Positions 24,418 through 38,390 are shown, numbered from the whole stretch's first letter. The stretch is 57,580 nt of DNA, filler included, from Sphacelaria rigidula (GCA_964200075.2; 8 parts of 8 records of this genome joined end to end with filler, not necessarily neighbours in it); one strand, 5' to 3'. Numbers and translations are program-made. The notes: a model not told the origin generated them from the letters alone.

Positions 24418-24676
24418 CAGAATACGTTTGATTGCAACGTCAAGTACGACCTTACAATGCGACGCACCTAGTGCTCGACGCTAAGAGAACGTTGGCCTGT
24501 AGCGCTTGGGCAGCACAATATTTTCAGGTGGCTGCCGATCGATTGTGCCAAACACATGAGAATGATATGGCAGCACTAGTGACAACTAATGGCTTAGACA
24601 CCGTGTACACAGGATTACTATGTACTCGAAAGTGTAGGATGATGTGGGATGGGTGACTACTACTGTAGGATGTATT

Positions 24677-25014
24677 ATGTGTGTTGTTGTGTGTGTTGTC
24701 ATCCAATCTATTCTGAACACCAGTCTACACCTTTCTGTATATGCGGCTGCATTAGCCGGGGTCACACAGCAGGGAGGCCTACTCAGGAGTTCTTTTTATT
24801 TCGATTTTAAGTACTCCACCTTCCCTCTGCGGTGCTTGCCTCATCGACCTCCAAGTCGAATTTTGTGTACCCATGACATCGTCGCTCTCCACTGTTGGGC
24901 ATATCATGAGAAAAATTGTCAGCTCGTGTGGATTCACCGAGATTTGAAGACACGGCCCGACCGTCAGGAGGCTTCGAGGTTACCAACTGGGCCACCTGGG
25001 CGACCGCGACCGGT
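24677..25014 (-). mobile_element. tRNA-derived SINE, family A (reverse orientation)
   Basis: Reverse-complement homology to 13064-13415, including the head and the GT/CA tail. Confidence 0.8.
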
Positions 25015-26789
25015 ATTATGATGGCAAAGAATCACTTACTCACAGTACCGAAGTTCTGAATCGCCTGACTGTGTTGTACAATACTGAGCGCAAGACTAAT
25101 GCCGAGATAGCCCCCCTCACAAAAAGCGCACCGGAGACCGTCCGACAAACCGGCTGCGATCCCACTATTGGGCTCGTTTGCAGTAATTTCGCCCACACGA
25201 GAGGCGTGTAGCTGTCCGAAATCAGCTATAGCGCCCAGATGAGTCGCGTCGTACAGCACGAAACCAGCTCTAACGGCATTTACGATCATCGCCTCCGTGC
25301 ACATTTTTGGCCCGTTCGGGGGGGGGGCTATCCCGGCAGCAGTCGCAAGCAACTTGACTTTGGTGATCGGAATCGCCAATCAGGGTCGTTGATAACGGGA
25401 CTTTTTTCCCATAATTTTTCGACTTTTACCGGAACGTTTCTGGCTTTGTCAAAAACAAAAAAAATGCTGGAAAAGATATTATTGCTACCGTAGATTTTCC
25501 GAGTAGCCATATGTAGTCAGTCTCGTAATGCTCTATTCCTTGACCTAGTTGAGAAATCCGCCCTCACATTTTTTCGGGGAGGAAATGTCTTGTGTTTTTC
25601 CCAAAAATATTCAGAAAAGTCTGAAAAAAGCAGCCCCAATAATAATAACGATCCATACTTAGTTGAAATTGCACGGCATCAATCGTCAGAGAAGGAAATT
25701 CGAGAAGAAGAATGACACAGATGGAAAGTCCCTTCGAAGAACCAAAAAACTACAAGGTTGACCACGCAAGGGCGCCGGACTCCGACGGTTGCAACTGACG
25801 ATCCCGACGAGCCCCTGTCGAAGCTTCAAGCAGGTGTTTGTACATGAAGCAAGGTCCGGAAGCAGGTTGCGACTCAGCTTTCAAGGAGCAGCATGATCTA
25901 GGGAAGTCTCAACCGCTAACTCTCTATAATAGTGAGGACACACAAATACCAACACTATATACCACAGGAAAGGTATAGTACGAGAAAAAAAAGTGGAGAA
26001 GAAAAAAAAGGTTTGAAGAGCTGGAAATTTCAACCTGTACGGAGGGACAAGCACCGACAGGGCAGGGTGAACCGTGTAGCGGTCCCGTGCGCGCCCCCGT
26101 CTTCTCATCCGCAGCCGTGGACAAAAGCTATACCCGCTCCCTCGACCGTTTCGGTCCCCGTTTCCGTTTCGTTGCGGGCTGTTTCCTCGCAAGTATGTCG
26201 TCATCGGTGGGTCTACTTTTGTCATCTCTCAGCGCAGTAGCCTCTCCCACATAGCGTTGGTTGGATTGGCGGTGATCTCCGCATCCCCAGGCTTCCTCAA
26301 ACTGCTCGCTTTCCGGCAGCTTAGCGCTGCTCTTTAACATTCGTAGCCGCAGTGCACTCATCCCGCAAGTATCTGATCTCAACCCTTAGGCCGCGGTGCG
26401 GGTAGTCCACCTGGATCACGCATACTTTTTTCAAAGTGAATATTAACGCCGATTCAGCGGTCGACCTACCCTCGCGGTCGACGGGTTAACGTCGTGGACG
26501 AGTCGCTTCCGTCCGCCCTTCTACGGAAGACCCACCAGAGAACGAAGATTATCCTTGGCAATTTTACCAGTCATAATATGTTTTTGTATCTGCCATAGCG
26601 TGTTGATTCCGCTCATACGTGTACAGCCCAATCATGTACCCTCGTGGGACTCCAAACACAGTTTCCATCGGTTCTGGGACCTCGTCGACCGACTGTAACC
26701 AATCCCATCAACCAGAGGCGAAACGACTCCAATTTCCTTTCAAGGCTGTGTCGTGAAAAACCTAAGTATATATGTATATATATTTGGTT

Positions 26790-26825
<36 letters not shown>

Positions 26826-28741
26826 TTATGCCGCCGCGCCCCCTTGGTTTTCATTAATTGTACAACTGAAAGACTATTATCAGGTTGGAAAAAAGCGGGT
26901 TCGAATCACAGCAACCTTGTTTGTTCTTCTCTGAATTCCGTAGTCGTTGAAAAAGGTGAGAACGTGAATAATATCAGCACACCCCCTTCACTAGAAACTT
27001 AGAAATCGTAGACCGTGCAGAACTAATTCTGGCTGACTAAGATTTGGCAAATGCCGAGGGTACAGGGACCCCTGGACAGGTATTACCGTACTATATCTAT
27101 GTCGTGGGCATTCGATATTTTTCTTATTCCCTTTGTAGTGACTGGTGTCCGTGCCAAAATATCCTATATTTAAGGCGTTTATGTATTTTACCGGCGCTTT
27201 TTTTTGTGTGTACATATATAATAAAAAAGAAGTGGTGACTCCACATGAGTTAGATATGTGCTCACGGAGAGCACGGCACACCAAACCGCTCAAGATTGTC
27301 CCCGTCGTGGTCATCGACATCTGCTTCAATGTGAATCGGGTGTCTCCAGACTGGAAGCGATCGAACATGATGATCAACTCATGAATCACTATAAACGCTC
27401 CGATATTGTGTTGTTGCTGGGTCTCTTTGTACTTTCCAGTCGTTATATCGCGATTATGCGCGTGGTCTCAAGAGCATCACGGTGCAGTGTGTGAAGATGC
27501 ATCAAGCTCTAGGGATTTTTATGTGCACGAGGGCCTGAGTTACCAAAACCACCAGCCTCAGATTTATTTGCAAACCCACGACTATTTCATACTGCTTCGG
27601 TCATCGTTGTGAACCAGATTTCTGGTCATACTCCAGCGCAGGCTACCCCATTAACTTCACGCCGCGCAGTATGACGTGGGTTGTAATACAGGTGTGCCGG
27701 CGGTTCATGTCGTCTAAATTACTGTTAAACAAATATATGACAAAGGAGCCAGATCTTAAGTAAGGATAGGCCCCAGAACCTGTGCTGAACAATGCACCAA
27801 CTGAATTGTGCACTTCTAATAGTTACCGCAAGTGTCCCCGCCCCCATGAAACTCACTCAGAACTTCATTGCACACAAGAGGTTTCGCCACAGGTTGCAGC
27901 CGTAAACACACGGGGTGGATAACTAAGAGCCCCCTACTATAGCAACGTACACGGAAGTTATCTCGCAAAAGTTCACGAGCCAGGCAGGCGCTGGCCTTTT
28001 TCTGCCATTCTTGCACACTCTATGTTTTAGTACATACATACGATGCATCAAACACGTTCGTGTTCGTGTCCCGCGCCATACACTCCCGCCCTGAGCAGCG
28101 GGAGTACAACACGACTCACAAGACCGCATTCGCCGGGCCGTCGGATGTCGATTCGTGCGGCGTGGGATGCGGGAGCAGAGCCTTTTGGAACCGGCAGCAG
28201 GTACAAAAGCGTGCATGTATCGCAGAGAGGGTACAATAAGATTCGCTGATTCCGTTCTCCAGTCGATCCGGCGTTGCTCATGCATATCCTTGCTGTCGTC
28301 TCCTCCTGCGGAAAAATCAACTCGTCCATCCGTAATCGTTGACTTGTTCTGGTATATGTCGAGGGCTTGTGTTTCACGGGATATATCTACTATACCACAA
28401 GTGTCGAGTCCCCTTATTCAAAGAGATACACGGCAAACACGTGAAAAAATTGGTCACAAGAAGATCGCCTCGCTCGACAGAAAAGAGGAGGGAAATACCG
28501 CGCTTTACGTCTTCTCCCGCCGTCGCTCATACCCTGCTCTTACGGTGCCTTGTACCACGTGCTTTATTTTTTTGTTTTTCATTTATTTTTTCGTCATGAT
28601 TTTCAGCCCCACCTCTTCTTCCTCGGGACGAGTTCGCCGTTTCAAGAGATCAACCCCCCCCCCCCCCCCCCACCCCCCCGCCCGCCATGGGCTGCAACAC
28701 CATGCGGTGGCGACGGGCGCGTGGAAACAACGGTGGGAAGA

Positions 28742-28841
28742 NNNNNNNNNNNNNNNNNNNNNNNNNNNNNNNNNNNNNNNNNNNNTTAATTAATTAANNN
28801 NNNNNNNNNNNNNNNNNNNNNNNNNNNNNNNNNNNNNNNNN
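28742..28841. other. Artificial contig-joining spacer
   Basis: N44-TTAATTAATTAA-N44. Confidence 0.98.
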
Positions 28842-29611
28842 GATGGGGGTCGGCGGCCCGTTGCGGGAGGGCTGCGGGGGGGGGTGGGGGATGTACTCAG
28901 GACCTGGGGGGGGGTGATTATACACTCGGGAATAATGTAGCAGGGGGATCGGGGGGCTACTGAACATTCAGTCGAGAGTGTCTTGACATTCAAGCAACAG
29001 GATAGAAAGTAAACTTTGAGGAAGGTTTTGCGTTGCGTCTTCACACGCTGAATGTTTTTACTTCGCCGTGTACTGTTTTGTTTTTTCGTGATGTATTGAA
29101 GGATGGATTTTTTACATATTTTGCTGAGTCATCGTTGAGGCTCTTGTGCTTCCGAAACCTGGTTATAATTGACCAATGTAGTTGACATACGATTTTGTCT
29201 GCGGATTCTGCCTTGATGCATTGCCGCATACCCCAGGAAGAGGATTCTGGTACACCTACATATTATAGGCGCATAACCACAAGGGTGCGCGTAAATGCTA
29301 GAACTATTTTTCTGATGAAGTGTTGTTTTCGAGTTGAGAAGATTTTCCCCAGGAAAAATGTATTTGGCGCGGATTAAGAAGTCATTGGGATGAAGTGAGA
29401 TATGATGGAATATTTTCTTGAGGGGTTGATTGTTTTTTAATTGATTTGATTTTTGATGGGTTTTTTTCTATCTTCCAGGAAGTGTTTGGGATTGAGAAAT
29501 CTGGGAGATTTAAGATCGATATGAAAGAGGAAATTAAGATTTGATCAGTTGTTTATTCATGACAATTCTTGAAAGTGTTCGTGATCATTATCCCGTTCCG
29601 ATTAGGGAGGC

Positions 29612-30159
29612 TGTTTGGGGTACTCAGAACGAGATAATGATCTACGGGTAGTGACCAGGGAATTGTATGGAAGATGACTATAGGAAGCGGGGAGCACAGT
29701 CAATGCTCGTGCCTGTCCCCTGGATCACTCCCCGTGAGTGACCCTCCTGCCTGGAGCTCTCCTCATGTGTGAAGACAAGAAATTGAGTCAACCTTATGCA
29801 TACATTTATATACCCCGGCGCATCGGTGCTGTCTAGCGTGTTAACGTAGTCCATGCACCTGGTTCTACAAACACAATGAAGTATTTCTACAAACACAATA
29901 CTTAATTGTGTTTGTAAAACCAGATGCGTGGACGTTAACACGCCAGACAGGGAGCCAAGGTATATAAATACATGCATAAGGTTGGCTCAATTCCTTGTAT
30001 CAACACATGAGAAGAGCTCCACGCAAGAAAGTCACTCACGGCGAGTGATACAGGGGACAGGCACAATATAACTGTGCTCCCCCGTTTCTATAGTCATATT
30101 CCATACAATTCCCTGGCTACTACCCGTAGATCATTATCTTGTACGGAGTACCCCAAACA
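29612..30159. mobile_element. ~550-bp imperfect palindrome (foldback MITE-like)
   Basis: tgtttggggtactc...gagtaccccaaaca. The arms pair along their whole length to a centre near 29890-29900. Confidence 0.85.
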
Positions 30160-30160
30160 A

Positions 30161-30364
30161 GTGGAAACTGGCGCAGCTGAGTTGTAGCGCATAACTCAGA
30201 CAATAGAAAATGGCACCACTGAGTTGTACCGTATAACTGAGCAAGTGGAAAATGACACCACGAAGTTGTACCATATACCTTAGCGAATGGAAAATGGCAT
30301 CACTAAGTTGTACCGTATCACTCAGCGAGTGGAAATGGCACGACTGTGTGGTACCGTTTAACTC
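30161..30364 (+). repeat. ~42-bp tandem repeat (about 5 units) with an internal hairpin
   Basis: Consensus gtggaaaatggcaccactgagttgtaccgtataactcagcaa. More units occur at ~31590-31635 and 32085-32215. Confidence 0.8.
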
Positions 30365-31640
30365 ATAAAGTGGTTATTTTTAAGGACCCGATTGTGGTTG
30401 TCCCTCCATACCTTCTGACTGAGATCGAATTTAAAAACAAAACAGCTTCGGAACGCCCGCAGCAAGGCGCAAAAGAGTAGCGAATCGCCAAAAAAACAAG
30501 GAAAAAAGGGGGGGGGAAACAGATGCTCGCGGCGGGTCTCGAACCCACGAAATTGGCCCTAGAGCAACTTTTCTCCCATATATTTCCGTACTCCGAATAT
30601 TTGTTTTTTCTTCTTGATAAATTTCGACCTGGAGCCAGGCATAACCGGGTTCAGAACCAGGTGATTTAGAAGCAGTTTTTTGCGAGGATTCCAAAAAATA
30701 TATGTATATTTTTTTCACAGAGGTGGTGGGGGCCCGGCAAATCAAGATTTACTAGTTCCCCCGCGTTTTTGGCGAAGCGGTATATTTGACATAATTGAAC
30801 TCGTCACCAACATGCCTGTGAAACCTAAGAGTAGGTTCATCCGAAAGCCCTGATCCGTAGCTTTCGAATGGTATGCATTTTGTTGGGTAAATACCCTGGC
30901 TCCATAGAGAAATGAATCAAGTGGTCTATGGGCGGGTCCGGGAAAACTACCACTATATAGTGAAAACTGGCACCACAGACAGCGTGTCTTCGCAAAAGAA
31001 TATGGATGAAGTGCGGCGGGAAAAAAGCTTTGTATCTCATCCGTCCACACCATTTATGTTCTCAGACGGCTTCAAGTCATGTTTACAACTATTCGCGCGC
31101 GACCAGAGGAGTAAGAAATGGAAAACGTCAGCTTTTTCGATCGAAAACATGAGGCTAAAAAGCACGAAGGGGCACTTACTCCTAGCTCGCAGACCACCAG
31201 GCCAGGTATCACCCATTCACAAAAGCATGCAAACCCCACACAACTCGTTCTCAGCTACCACCGCAATCCAGCAGCATACTGTAGAGCTCGAGTCGAGCAG
31301 AGGGATACATACACTGCAATAATTGGGAGCTGCTTTTTCACATCATACTGCACAGAACATGCAACACACTCGACACATTGTTAATAGACAGTATAGACGG
31401 TACAGACGGTAGAAAACCGTCTGTACTGATTACAAGTGATGGAGTATCGCTTCACGAATTTCACCATTTTTTTTTAATCGAAAGCTTGAAAATTCGCCCC
31501 GACCCAAATCGAACAAAACGAACGACTTCGATCGAATCAATTCCGCTGCACCTTTTCGTTCGATCGAAACAAATTACTGTAGAAATCCTTGAAAAATGAT
31601 ACCGCTGAGTTGTACCGTGTAGCTCAGACAGTAGGAAAAA

Positions 31641-32084
31641 ACACGGGATCTTACAAATTGGGGATGGATTTTTCATTGGGGATGAGAAACCCGGAGAATT
31701 ACAATCTTCGTATCCACATCAAATCTTCGAAATATGGTTCCATGTCTTCACCTACTGAATAGCTATTGACAAGTGCTACACGCCATAGAAATTTGGATTT
31801 CGATCACCAATATGTTGGGGTCCTAGGTGAACAACCAATTTTGAGGAATTCCCGGTGTCCGAACGGACGCGAAAATGGTTCCGAAATTGTTTTTTCACTT
31901 AGGACCCCAAAAATTCGGTGATCTTAATCCAAATTTCTATGGCGTATAGCAGTTATCAATAGCTATTAGTAGGTGAAGAAATGGAACCATATTTCGAAGA
32001 ATTGGCGTGGAAACGAAGATTTTAATTTTCCGGGTTTCTCATCCCCAATAAAAGATCCATTCCCAATTTGTGAGATCCTGTGTT
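31641..32084. mobile_element. ~440-bp imperfect palindrome interrupting the 42-bp repeat array
   Basis: acacgggatcttacaaattggga...tcccaatttgtgagatcctgtgt, with arms of ~200 bp. 42-bp units lie on both sides. Confidence 0.85.
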
Positions 32085-32399
32085 AAATGATACCGCTGAG
32101 GTGTATCGTATAACCCAGACAGTGAAAAACGGCACCACTGAAATGTACCGTATGACTCAGCCGGTGGAAAATGGTACCGCTGGCTTGTACAGTATGACTC
32201 GGCCAGTGAAAAACGAGTGAACTCAAGTTGAGGTGGCTTGAGTTTTCTGAGGTGTGTAAAACTTTGTTGTGTTCCATTTTTGCTCCCACAGAGCACTTGG
32301 ACCTGAGGGCAGAGAGCTCTTCGATCACGGGGTCCAATGCAGCGAATCGGTGTCTGGTTACTAAAATAATTGTCGAAGGTGTTGAAAAAAAAAAGTACC

Positions 32400-32482
32400 T
32401 GCCCGGCTGATGCGCCCACATATACGGAAGGTGTAGACCGTCGTCCAGAATATAGATGGGACGACAACACACACACACACAC
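32400..32482 (+). mobile_element. 3' fragment of SINE family A
   Basis: ccggctgatgcgcccacatatacggaaggtgtagacc...gacgacaac(ac)n. Confidence 0.75.
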
Positions 32483-34141
32483 CTTGAATGTGCACACGAA
32501 CTCTCCCACGGGAACGTATTGGTAGAAGTCGGGGCGCACTACCTGTCGTCTGCAGCGAGAAGCTCTGCATCAAAGTTGCCATACAAATGTGGGTGTAACG
32601 AACTTGCGAACCATTATTTTCCTTGAGGGGACGGGAAACCCTGTCACGAAAATAAAAGAAAAAAATGTCACGTCGCTTCTCCTCTCCTGGCGAAATATAT
32701 GCGCACTGTCCTTCGGACACGCGTATCGAACAGGACTGATCATACGAAGTACATACGGTATAATGAAATACGGGCACTGAGGCCGTCTCTCATCAAATTG
32801 TTTTCGAGTCGGACGCGTGCGATCGAATCGAATTGGCTCGTACCTGATTCGTCCACGTTATTCATTTTCTCAGGTGCTTGAGAACATGAATGCCACGGGC
32901 GTATAAGGTACGAGCGAAGTCGACTCCACCGCACGTTTTCGAGTCGAAAATAATTTGATGAGGAGGTGTGTTTACCACTTGGTCGATGAAGAAATTTCCC
33001 CGAAACATATTCTTTCAAACAACGCTAGGGGTCCTTCTTGACGACGGGGATTTTTCCCTTTTTCAAAATCCCATTTTTCAAAAACAACCACTGATTGACA
33101 ATGGTCAAACGACTAAGGCAAGCAACAAATGAGTACCCCCCCCCACCGAAAATCCACTAAACGTGCACAACAATACCCTTTCAAAAAGGGGATTTCTGTG
33201 CACCTCGAAGGGGAACATACATGTCCGGTTGACAGGGACACATGCAAAGGCTTACCACACAACCCAACTCAATCAGAACTGAACCTGAGGAACTTGGTGG
33301 TCCCGCAAACCAAAAACACACAGCTCGAGCCGTAGCTGCTCATCAGGTGTGCAAGTTGTGCGTGACCTTGCTCAAATCTGTTCAGAATCCATTGAGAAAT
33401 GATGATTTCTGTGAGACGCGGGCACAGCACACGCTTACGAAACGGTCAGCAACGATACGTTCTCGACTCGTTTTTGACACGCACGCGGCCGTCCTTCGTC
33501 CAATACAGAACTGATTTCCGTTAAACAAAGACTGCCGTGTGTAGATAAGCAAGGACTAGCGGTGAAACTACAACAATGCGCGTGAGTGGTGGATGTCTGT
33601 GCGTGTATTTTCGGGGTTAGGTGCGCACGTATTGTGTTGCCTTCTCGCGTCTCATCTGCAGCATTGCACAGACCTTGGACTCACTATCACTTCCAGACCC
33701 GCCGCATTTCTGAACCTCCGCGCAGATCTGGGGTCCAATCTTTACGAAACCGCCTCTCGATCGGACTCAGGACTGGTCGTTATGGGGGCAATTCCCTGCC
33801 AAAAGAGGATGGGGAAAAGGGGGAAAACTTCCCTCGATAAGAAGGGCCCTAAGCTTAACCCTAACCCCAACCCAAGGCATGCCCAGAACCCTCGGGCGAC
33901 AGGGGTGCGAAGCGTTCCCTGGGCAAAGTGTAGCGTTGGCAGACCTCAAAACGGAGCCTGCGGCGCCGATTTTTACGAAAACGCGTTTTGCGCAGGCGAG
34001 AGGCAGTTGGGGCTTTCAACCCCACTAGTGAAAGATTCGAATACCGGTGTTTAGGCTCAGATCAAGTAATAGAATTCGGGGAAGGTTTTAATCGACCAAG
34101 TGGTGAACACCACTGATGGTGTAAAAACACTGTTGACACTA

Positions 34142-34333
34142 AGGGCGTGTCTTAGCACAATAGCTTTCGATCGAAACTGTGCGGTGGAAAACGAAAAATC
34201 CCGATATGATGAGTCGTAATTTCAACCATCGTCGTTAGTTGTGAAGATGGTTGAAAATGCGACCTATTGGATCGGGGTTTTTGTTTTTCACCGCACTTTT
34301 TCGATCGAAGAATGATGTGCTGAGACACGGCCT
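34142..34333. repeat. ~190-bp imperfect palindrome
   Basis: agggcgtgtcttagcaca...ttcgatcgaaa...ttcaaccatc / gatggttgaa...tttcgatcgaa...tgtgctgagacacggcct. Confidence 0.75.
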
Positions 34334-34606
34334 AACCCGGCGACAAAGTTCATGGTCGAACACACTTGTGTTTGCCTAACCATTACGGCCGTCCCAACCC
34401 TAATTCCGTCCGAAACCAGGCAGACTTAGTACCCTCGGGTAAGGGGGCGACCTACAGTGTCGTAGGCGAAGTACGCCCTGTTTGAATCCCTGCGCACGCT
34501 GGGTGAGGTACATTGAGACTGTGTGCCATCTGAAACTCCAAATGTGTTTGTCCACCCTCAAAACTAAGAAATTTTCACAATCATGGATTTGTGTTGCTAA
34601 GTTGGC

Positions 34607-34850
34607 CTGAATAAAGTAGGGATGCATGTCGGGCCGAGAACGAAGTTCGATACGATATTTCAGAATATCGACCCACAACCGGCGATACCGATATGTTGGT
34701 CTGAATAAAGCAGGGATGCATGTCGGGCCGAGAACGAAGTTCGATACGATATTTCAGAATATCGACCCACAACCGGCGATACCGATATGTTGGTCGATAT
34801 TCCGAAAATGACACGATACGTATCGAGTATCGATATTCGATACGATACGA
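34607..34850 (+). repeat. Tandem duplication of a 94-bp unit containing a (T/C)AGGGATG transposon-like end with CGATA sub-terminal repeats
   Basis: Two near-identical 94-bp copies followed by cgatac/atcg-rich motifs. The hAT-like terminus is an inference. Confidence 0.7.
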
Positions 34851-35530
34851 CTGTTTTGGAATGGCCGCAGCGTACAAGACCGAGCGGTACACTTATTGTT
34901 GTAGGTTACGTGAGATACCGCATCGCCTAGACTGACTGTCAAAGCTCATTTACTCCTCACCAGAAACGATGCCGGGCCTTAACTGGGCGGCGTTGCAACC
35001 ATTTCGTCGAGGCTTTCCTAAACATGTCATTTGATGTTGGCACCCTCTTGGTTGTGGAGTGATCAAGCTTTGAAAATCGTTCGCGAGGGTGTGGTATATC
35101 ATGCAACCTACGGTAGTTTAAAGTTTACAGCAGCGGACACATCATGTACAGCAGCGGCAGAGTGCAATTTGACATCATAGCAGCGGCGGAATGCGGTGAT
35201 GCAGCTGTCTAACGAGCATCTTTCGTCATCGTGCAACAGGTAGTTGGTCACAGCGGGCCGGGTGTGGGATTATTGACTATCTTTACTTTTACGGGCATTA
35301 TTCTGTGTGTTTCGATCGAATGAGCGCATACCTCGACTCTGCGCAATCATTGACAAAAAAACGCGCCGAACCTCGAATATGCGCAAACTCAGATGCGCGC
35401 TATTTTTTTTCTACGTTCGTCAGTACAGTACCAAAAACAGAAAACGTCGGCAGCATGCGTCGAATTTTTAATTTTCGGTGCCAAACAATTTGATGCCAAA
35501 CAATATGTAAAAGGGTAGACCAATAATAAG

Positions 35531-35699
35531 GGCCTGTTTCATCGAGACAAGGAAAAAAAGCGTAGAACGAAACAAGCGGTAAGCGCAGCGTGTTGATTGA
35601 TCGCCGAGCGGGTCAATGGTTGTAATGAATAATCGGCATGTCGCTTTGGGCGCTTGTTCCGTTTCTCGCTTTTTTTTGTAGTCTCGTTACCATAGGCCC
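35531..35699. repeat. ~170-bp element with imperfect terminal inverted repeats
   Basis: gggcct...cgagaca...aaaaaaagcgtagaacgaaacaagcg versus cgcttgttccgtttctcgctttttttt...gtctcg...aggccc. Confidence 0.6.
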
Positions 35700-35951
35700 C
35701 AAACGTCAACAGCCAGGAAGAAAGAACAAGAAGCTTACAACAATTAGATTGTCCAGGCTACTGTAACGGATGGGGGGGGGAAGAAAACGCACCAACAACG
35801 AATATGTGTACGTAGTAGGGCAGTTGCCAGTTAGTTGCCGCAACAGCGCCCATGAAGAGTTGCATCAGCAATCAGTGCGAGCTGGGCCAGCCTAGAGGCG
35901 GATTTGAAGTTTGCAGGCTCATGCTCTTTTATACATTTAAAGATGAACCCT

Positions 35952-36051
35952 NNNNNNNNNNNNNNNNNNNNNNNNNNNNNNNNNNNNNNNNNNNNTTAAT
36001 TAATTAANNNNNNNNNNNNNNNNNNNNNNNNNNNNNNNNNNNNNNNNNNNN
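35952..36051. other. Artificial contig-joining spacer
   Basis: N44-TTAATTAATTAA-N44. Confidence 0.98.
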
Positions 36052-36986
36052 TGGAAACCCCCGGATGTCTCGGGACTGTGCGCCTGTACAACTGTTCCGA
36101 GGCGACGCTCGTCGTCTAAGGTTAAAGTCACTTTACCTGTACTCTATCTTTGCAAAAAGAAAGTACACGTGTACATGGTCATGGAATGTTCATTGATCGA
36201 CATTGATGGATTATGACTTGAGAATTCATCTGCCAAGAATCCAGCCATGGTTGACCACAAGATAGACGTACGTACCCAAGGTGAATAATTCAGGCGGTGA
36301 CTCCCGCTGAAAGAGGCTCCAGAGAGTGGGGGCGCATTAGAACACACGAAAATAAAAAGCGGGAAAATGAAGGAAAAACAGAGAAGGAGGAATGACGTCG
36401 AGATAAAAAACTATCATGAGTCTTGGGGAAACCCGGTCACCCACCCCCAGGGGTTGAGATGGAGAGGCCGTATTAAACCTCATACGGAAGCCGATTGCGG
36501 CCACCGCACTACTGGGCCAGGGAGTCGGTCGCAATTTCTACGGGGGGGGGGAGGGGTGGAGGAGGCACCAAACATCGATACGGCTGGAAGAAAGTAGAAA
36601 CACAAGGAGAGAAGGACAGATGTGAGAAAGGAGACCGAAGCGAAAGAAAAAAACAGGAAGGGGAAGGAAGAAAGGGGAAAGAAGGGAGAAAAGGACCCAG
36701 AAAGCAAGACAAAATATGAAGAGGCAACAGAGCGAGAGAACATCGCTGTAGTTTCAACACTAAGAGGAGAATGCAGCATGTTTTCACGAGTCGTACACTT
36801 TCCCCCCCGTCGTACATGTACTTTTGCTATTTTTTGCATTTTGTTTTTGCATATCACTTCGGCGCGCCGTTGGGAAGTGGGCAAAGGTTGTGTATTCTGA
36901 CCTGCTGGGTGTGTCTGATGCTGATTAAACTCGTTCGGTTTCATCTCTTTTTTGTCGGGGGTGGGGGTTGGGTTGTCAATCTGCAG

Positions 36987-37109
36987 GGACTGCCCGATGG
37001 GAGCCTTCAGCTTCTTGCGGAAACCGGGTGCCCGAAGACGCCAGTACCCAGCAGCGACGTGGCTGGGCTTTACGTCGCCGTACACGATGACCCATTCAAG
37101 CTGATCCAG
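36987..37109 (+). CDS. GH36 raffinose synthase/seed-imbibition (Sip1)-type alpha-galactosidase, exon
   Basis: GLPDGSLQLLAETGCPKTPVPSSDVAGLYVAVHDDPFKLIQ matches the family L...ESG.....LY....DPF.LI segment. ctgcag| acceptor, |gt donor. Confidence 0.75.
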
Positions 37110-37139
37110 GTTCGATTGTTGTACTAGGTTGTTTGAATG

Positions 37140-37450
37140 ATGTTGTTACTTATAACGTTGAAGATAGCAGGGATAGTGGCGGTAGTATTTGTTGTAGCAG
37201 CAGTAGCAGCAGTAGTGCTGGGAATGGTGGTAGTAGCAGCAGGGGCAGTAGCGGTACTAGTGGTGATGGTGGTGGTCAGTCGTCGCAATCGTAGCGGCAG
37301 TATTAACGGCGGTAACAGCATGAGCAGTGGTGACTGATGGTGGCAGTGGCCGTCATCTTAGTAGTAGTAGCAGTACTGGTAGTCGTAGTAGTCGTAGTAG
37401 TAGTAGTCGTAGTCGTAGTCGTAGTAGTAGTAGTGGTAATAGTAGTATGA
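37140..37450. repeat. Compound (GTA/GCA/GTG)n microsatellite
   Basis: Degenerate trinucleotide tracts within an intron. Confidence 0.85.
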
Positions 37451-37717
37451 AATATATGTCGTGAGTAGCGGTCGGTGTTGTTTCATGGTGGTATTCTCTA
37501 ATTTCTGTCTCCCTTCTCTCCTCCTTTCCGCGCCAGATGCAGGATTGGCTGCGATTCCAAGCGCCTGTGGCTACAGTCGGTTCAACTTTCATTCACCGTT
37601 ATTTTGCGGTATGCTCCGTTTTTGTTTGCCTTCCATTGCCTTTCGAACGTTGTGCTGTCTCTGCTCCCGCGTACTTTTTTTCCGTTGCGTCATTAACAAT
37701 TTTCTCCTGGAGATTAG

Positions 37718-37837
37718 AAAAGCTTCAAGCTTGTCAATGCTAGGCTGCGGAACCAAGTAAAGGCCGGATCTTTCGGAGCGGGAGGTCTACTCCCGGGCCT
37801 TGTACACGACGCAGAGAAACAGCTGTCGAAGTGGAAG
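37718..37837 (+). CDS. GH36 gene, exon
   Basis: KSFKLVNARLRNQVKAGSFGAGGLLPGLVHDAEKQLSKWK. tag| acceptor and |gtaagg donor, phase 0/0. Confidence 0.65.
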
Positions 37838-38390
37838 GTAAGGCTGTTCTGAAAAACTAGCTACAGTCCAGCATAAAGCTTGAGAATACATTTTGCAAAC
37901 TAACTTTTGGCCGGTCTTATATATGGTTTGATGAAAAAAAACGCCGTTTTTGCAAACAGGCCCGACTCCGTTCGCCTGTTTTTTTTTTTTTTTCGTGACA
38001 CGCCTTTTCTTGTATTGAACGATTAGACACACCTCGAAGATTTTCCCTCTCACTTTCATCCCCAATGCACATCCTCACTACCGAATGCACGCTCTTCATA
38101 TTTGTTGAGTGTTCAATTTTGCACCTTCGAAGGTTTTTTTTCTAAAAATGCATGTTCAACCCCGCACCCCATCCTTCATTCAAAAATCTAAGACAGTACG
38201 ATGCCTCGTTGCGATATATATATGGTGGGGCGAGATGGGCCGGGTGCTTCGCTGTAGAGAACATGTTGTGTTGCCACGACCATGCGAGTGTACTGTGACA
38301 GCATGATAGTTCTATGCTCCTCAAAATTACGAGAACACTCGAAATCTCAAGTAATGCTGCGCCGTTTACTTCCATGTTACGCCCGGCCAG

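Noticed and set aside
25032..28700. Short ORFs in contig 4
   Set aside because: No recognisable motifs or consistent exon chain.
30161..30364. CRISPR-like array of palindromic repeats
   Set aside because: Units are contiguous with no unique spacers, there are no cas genes, and the context is eukaryotic.
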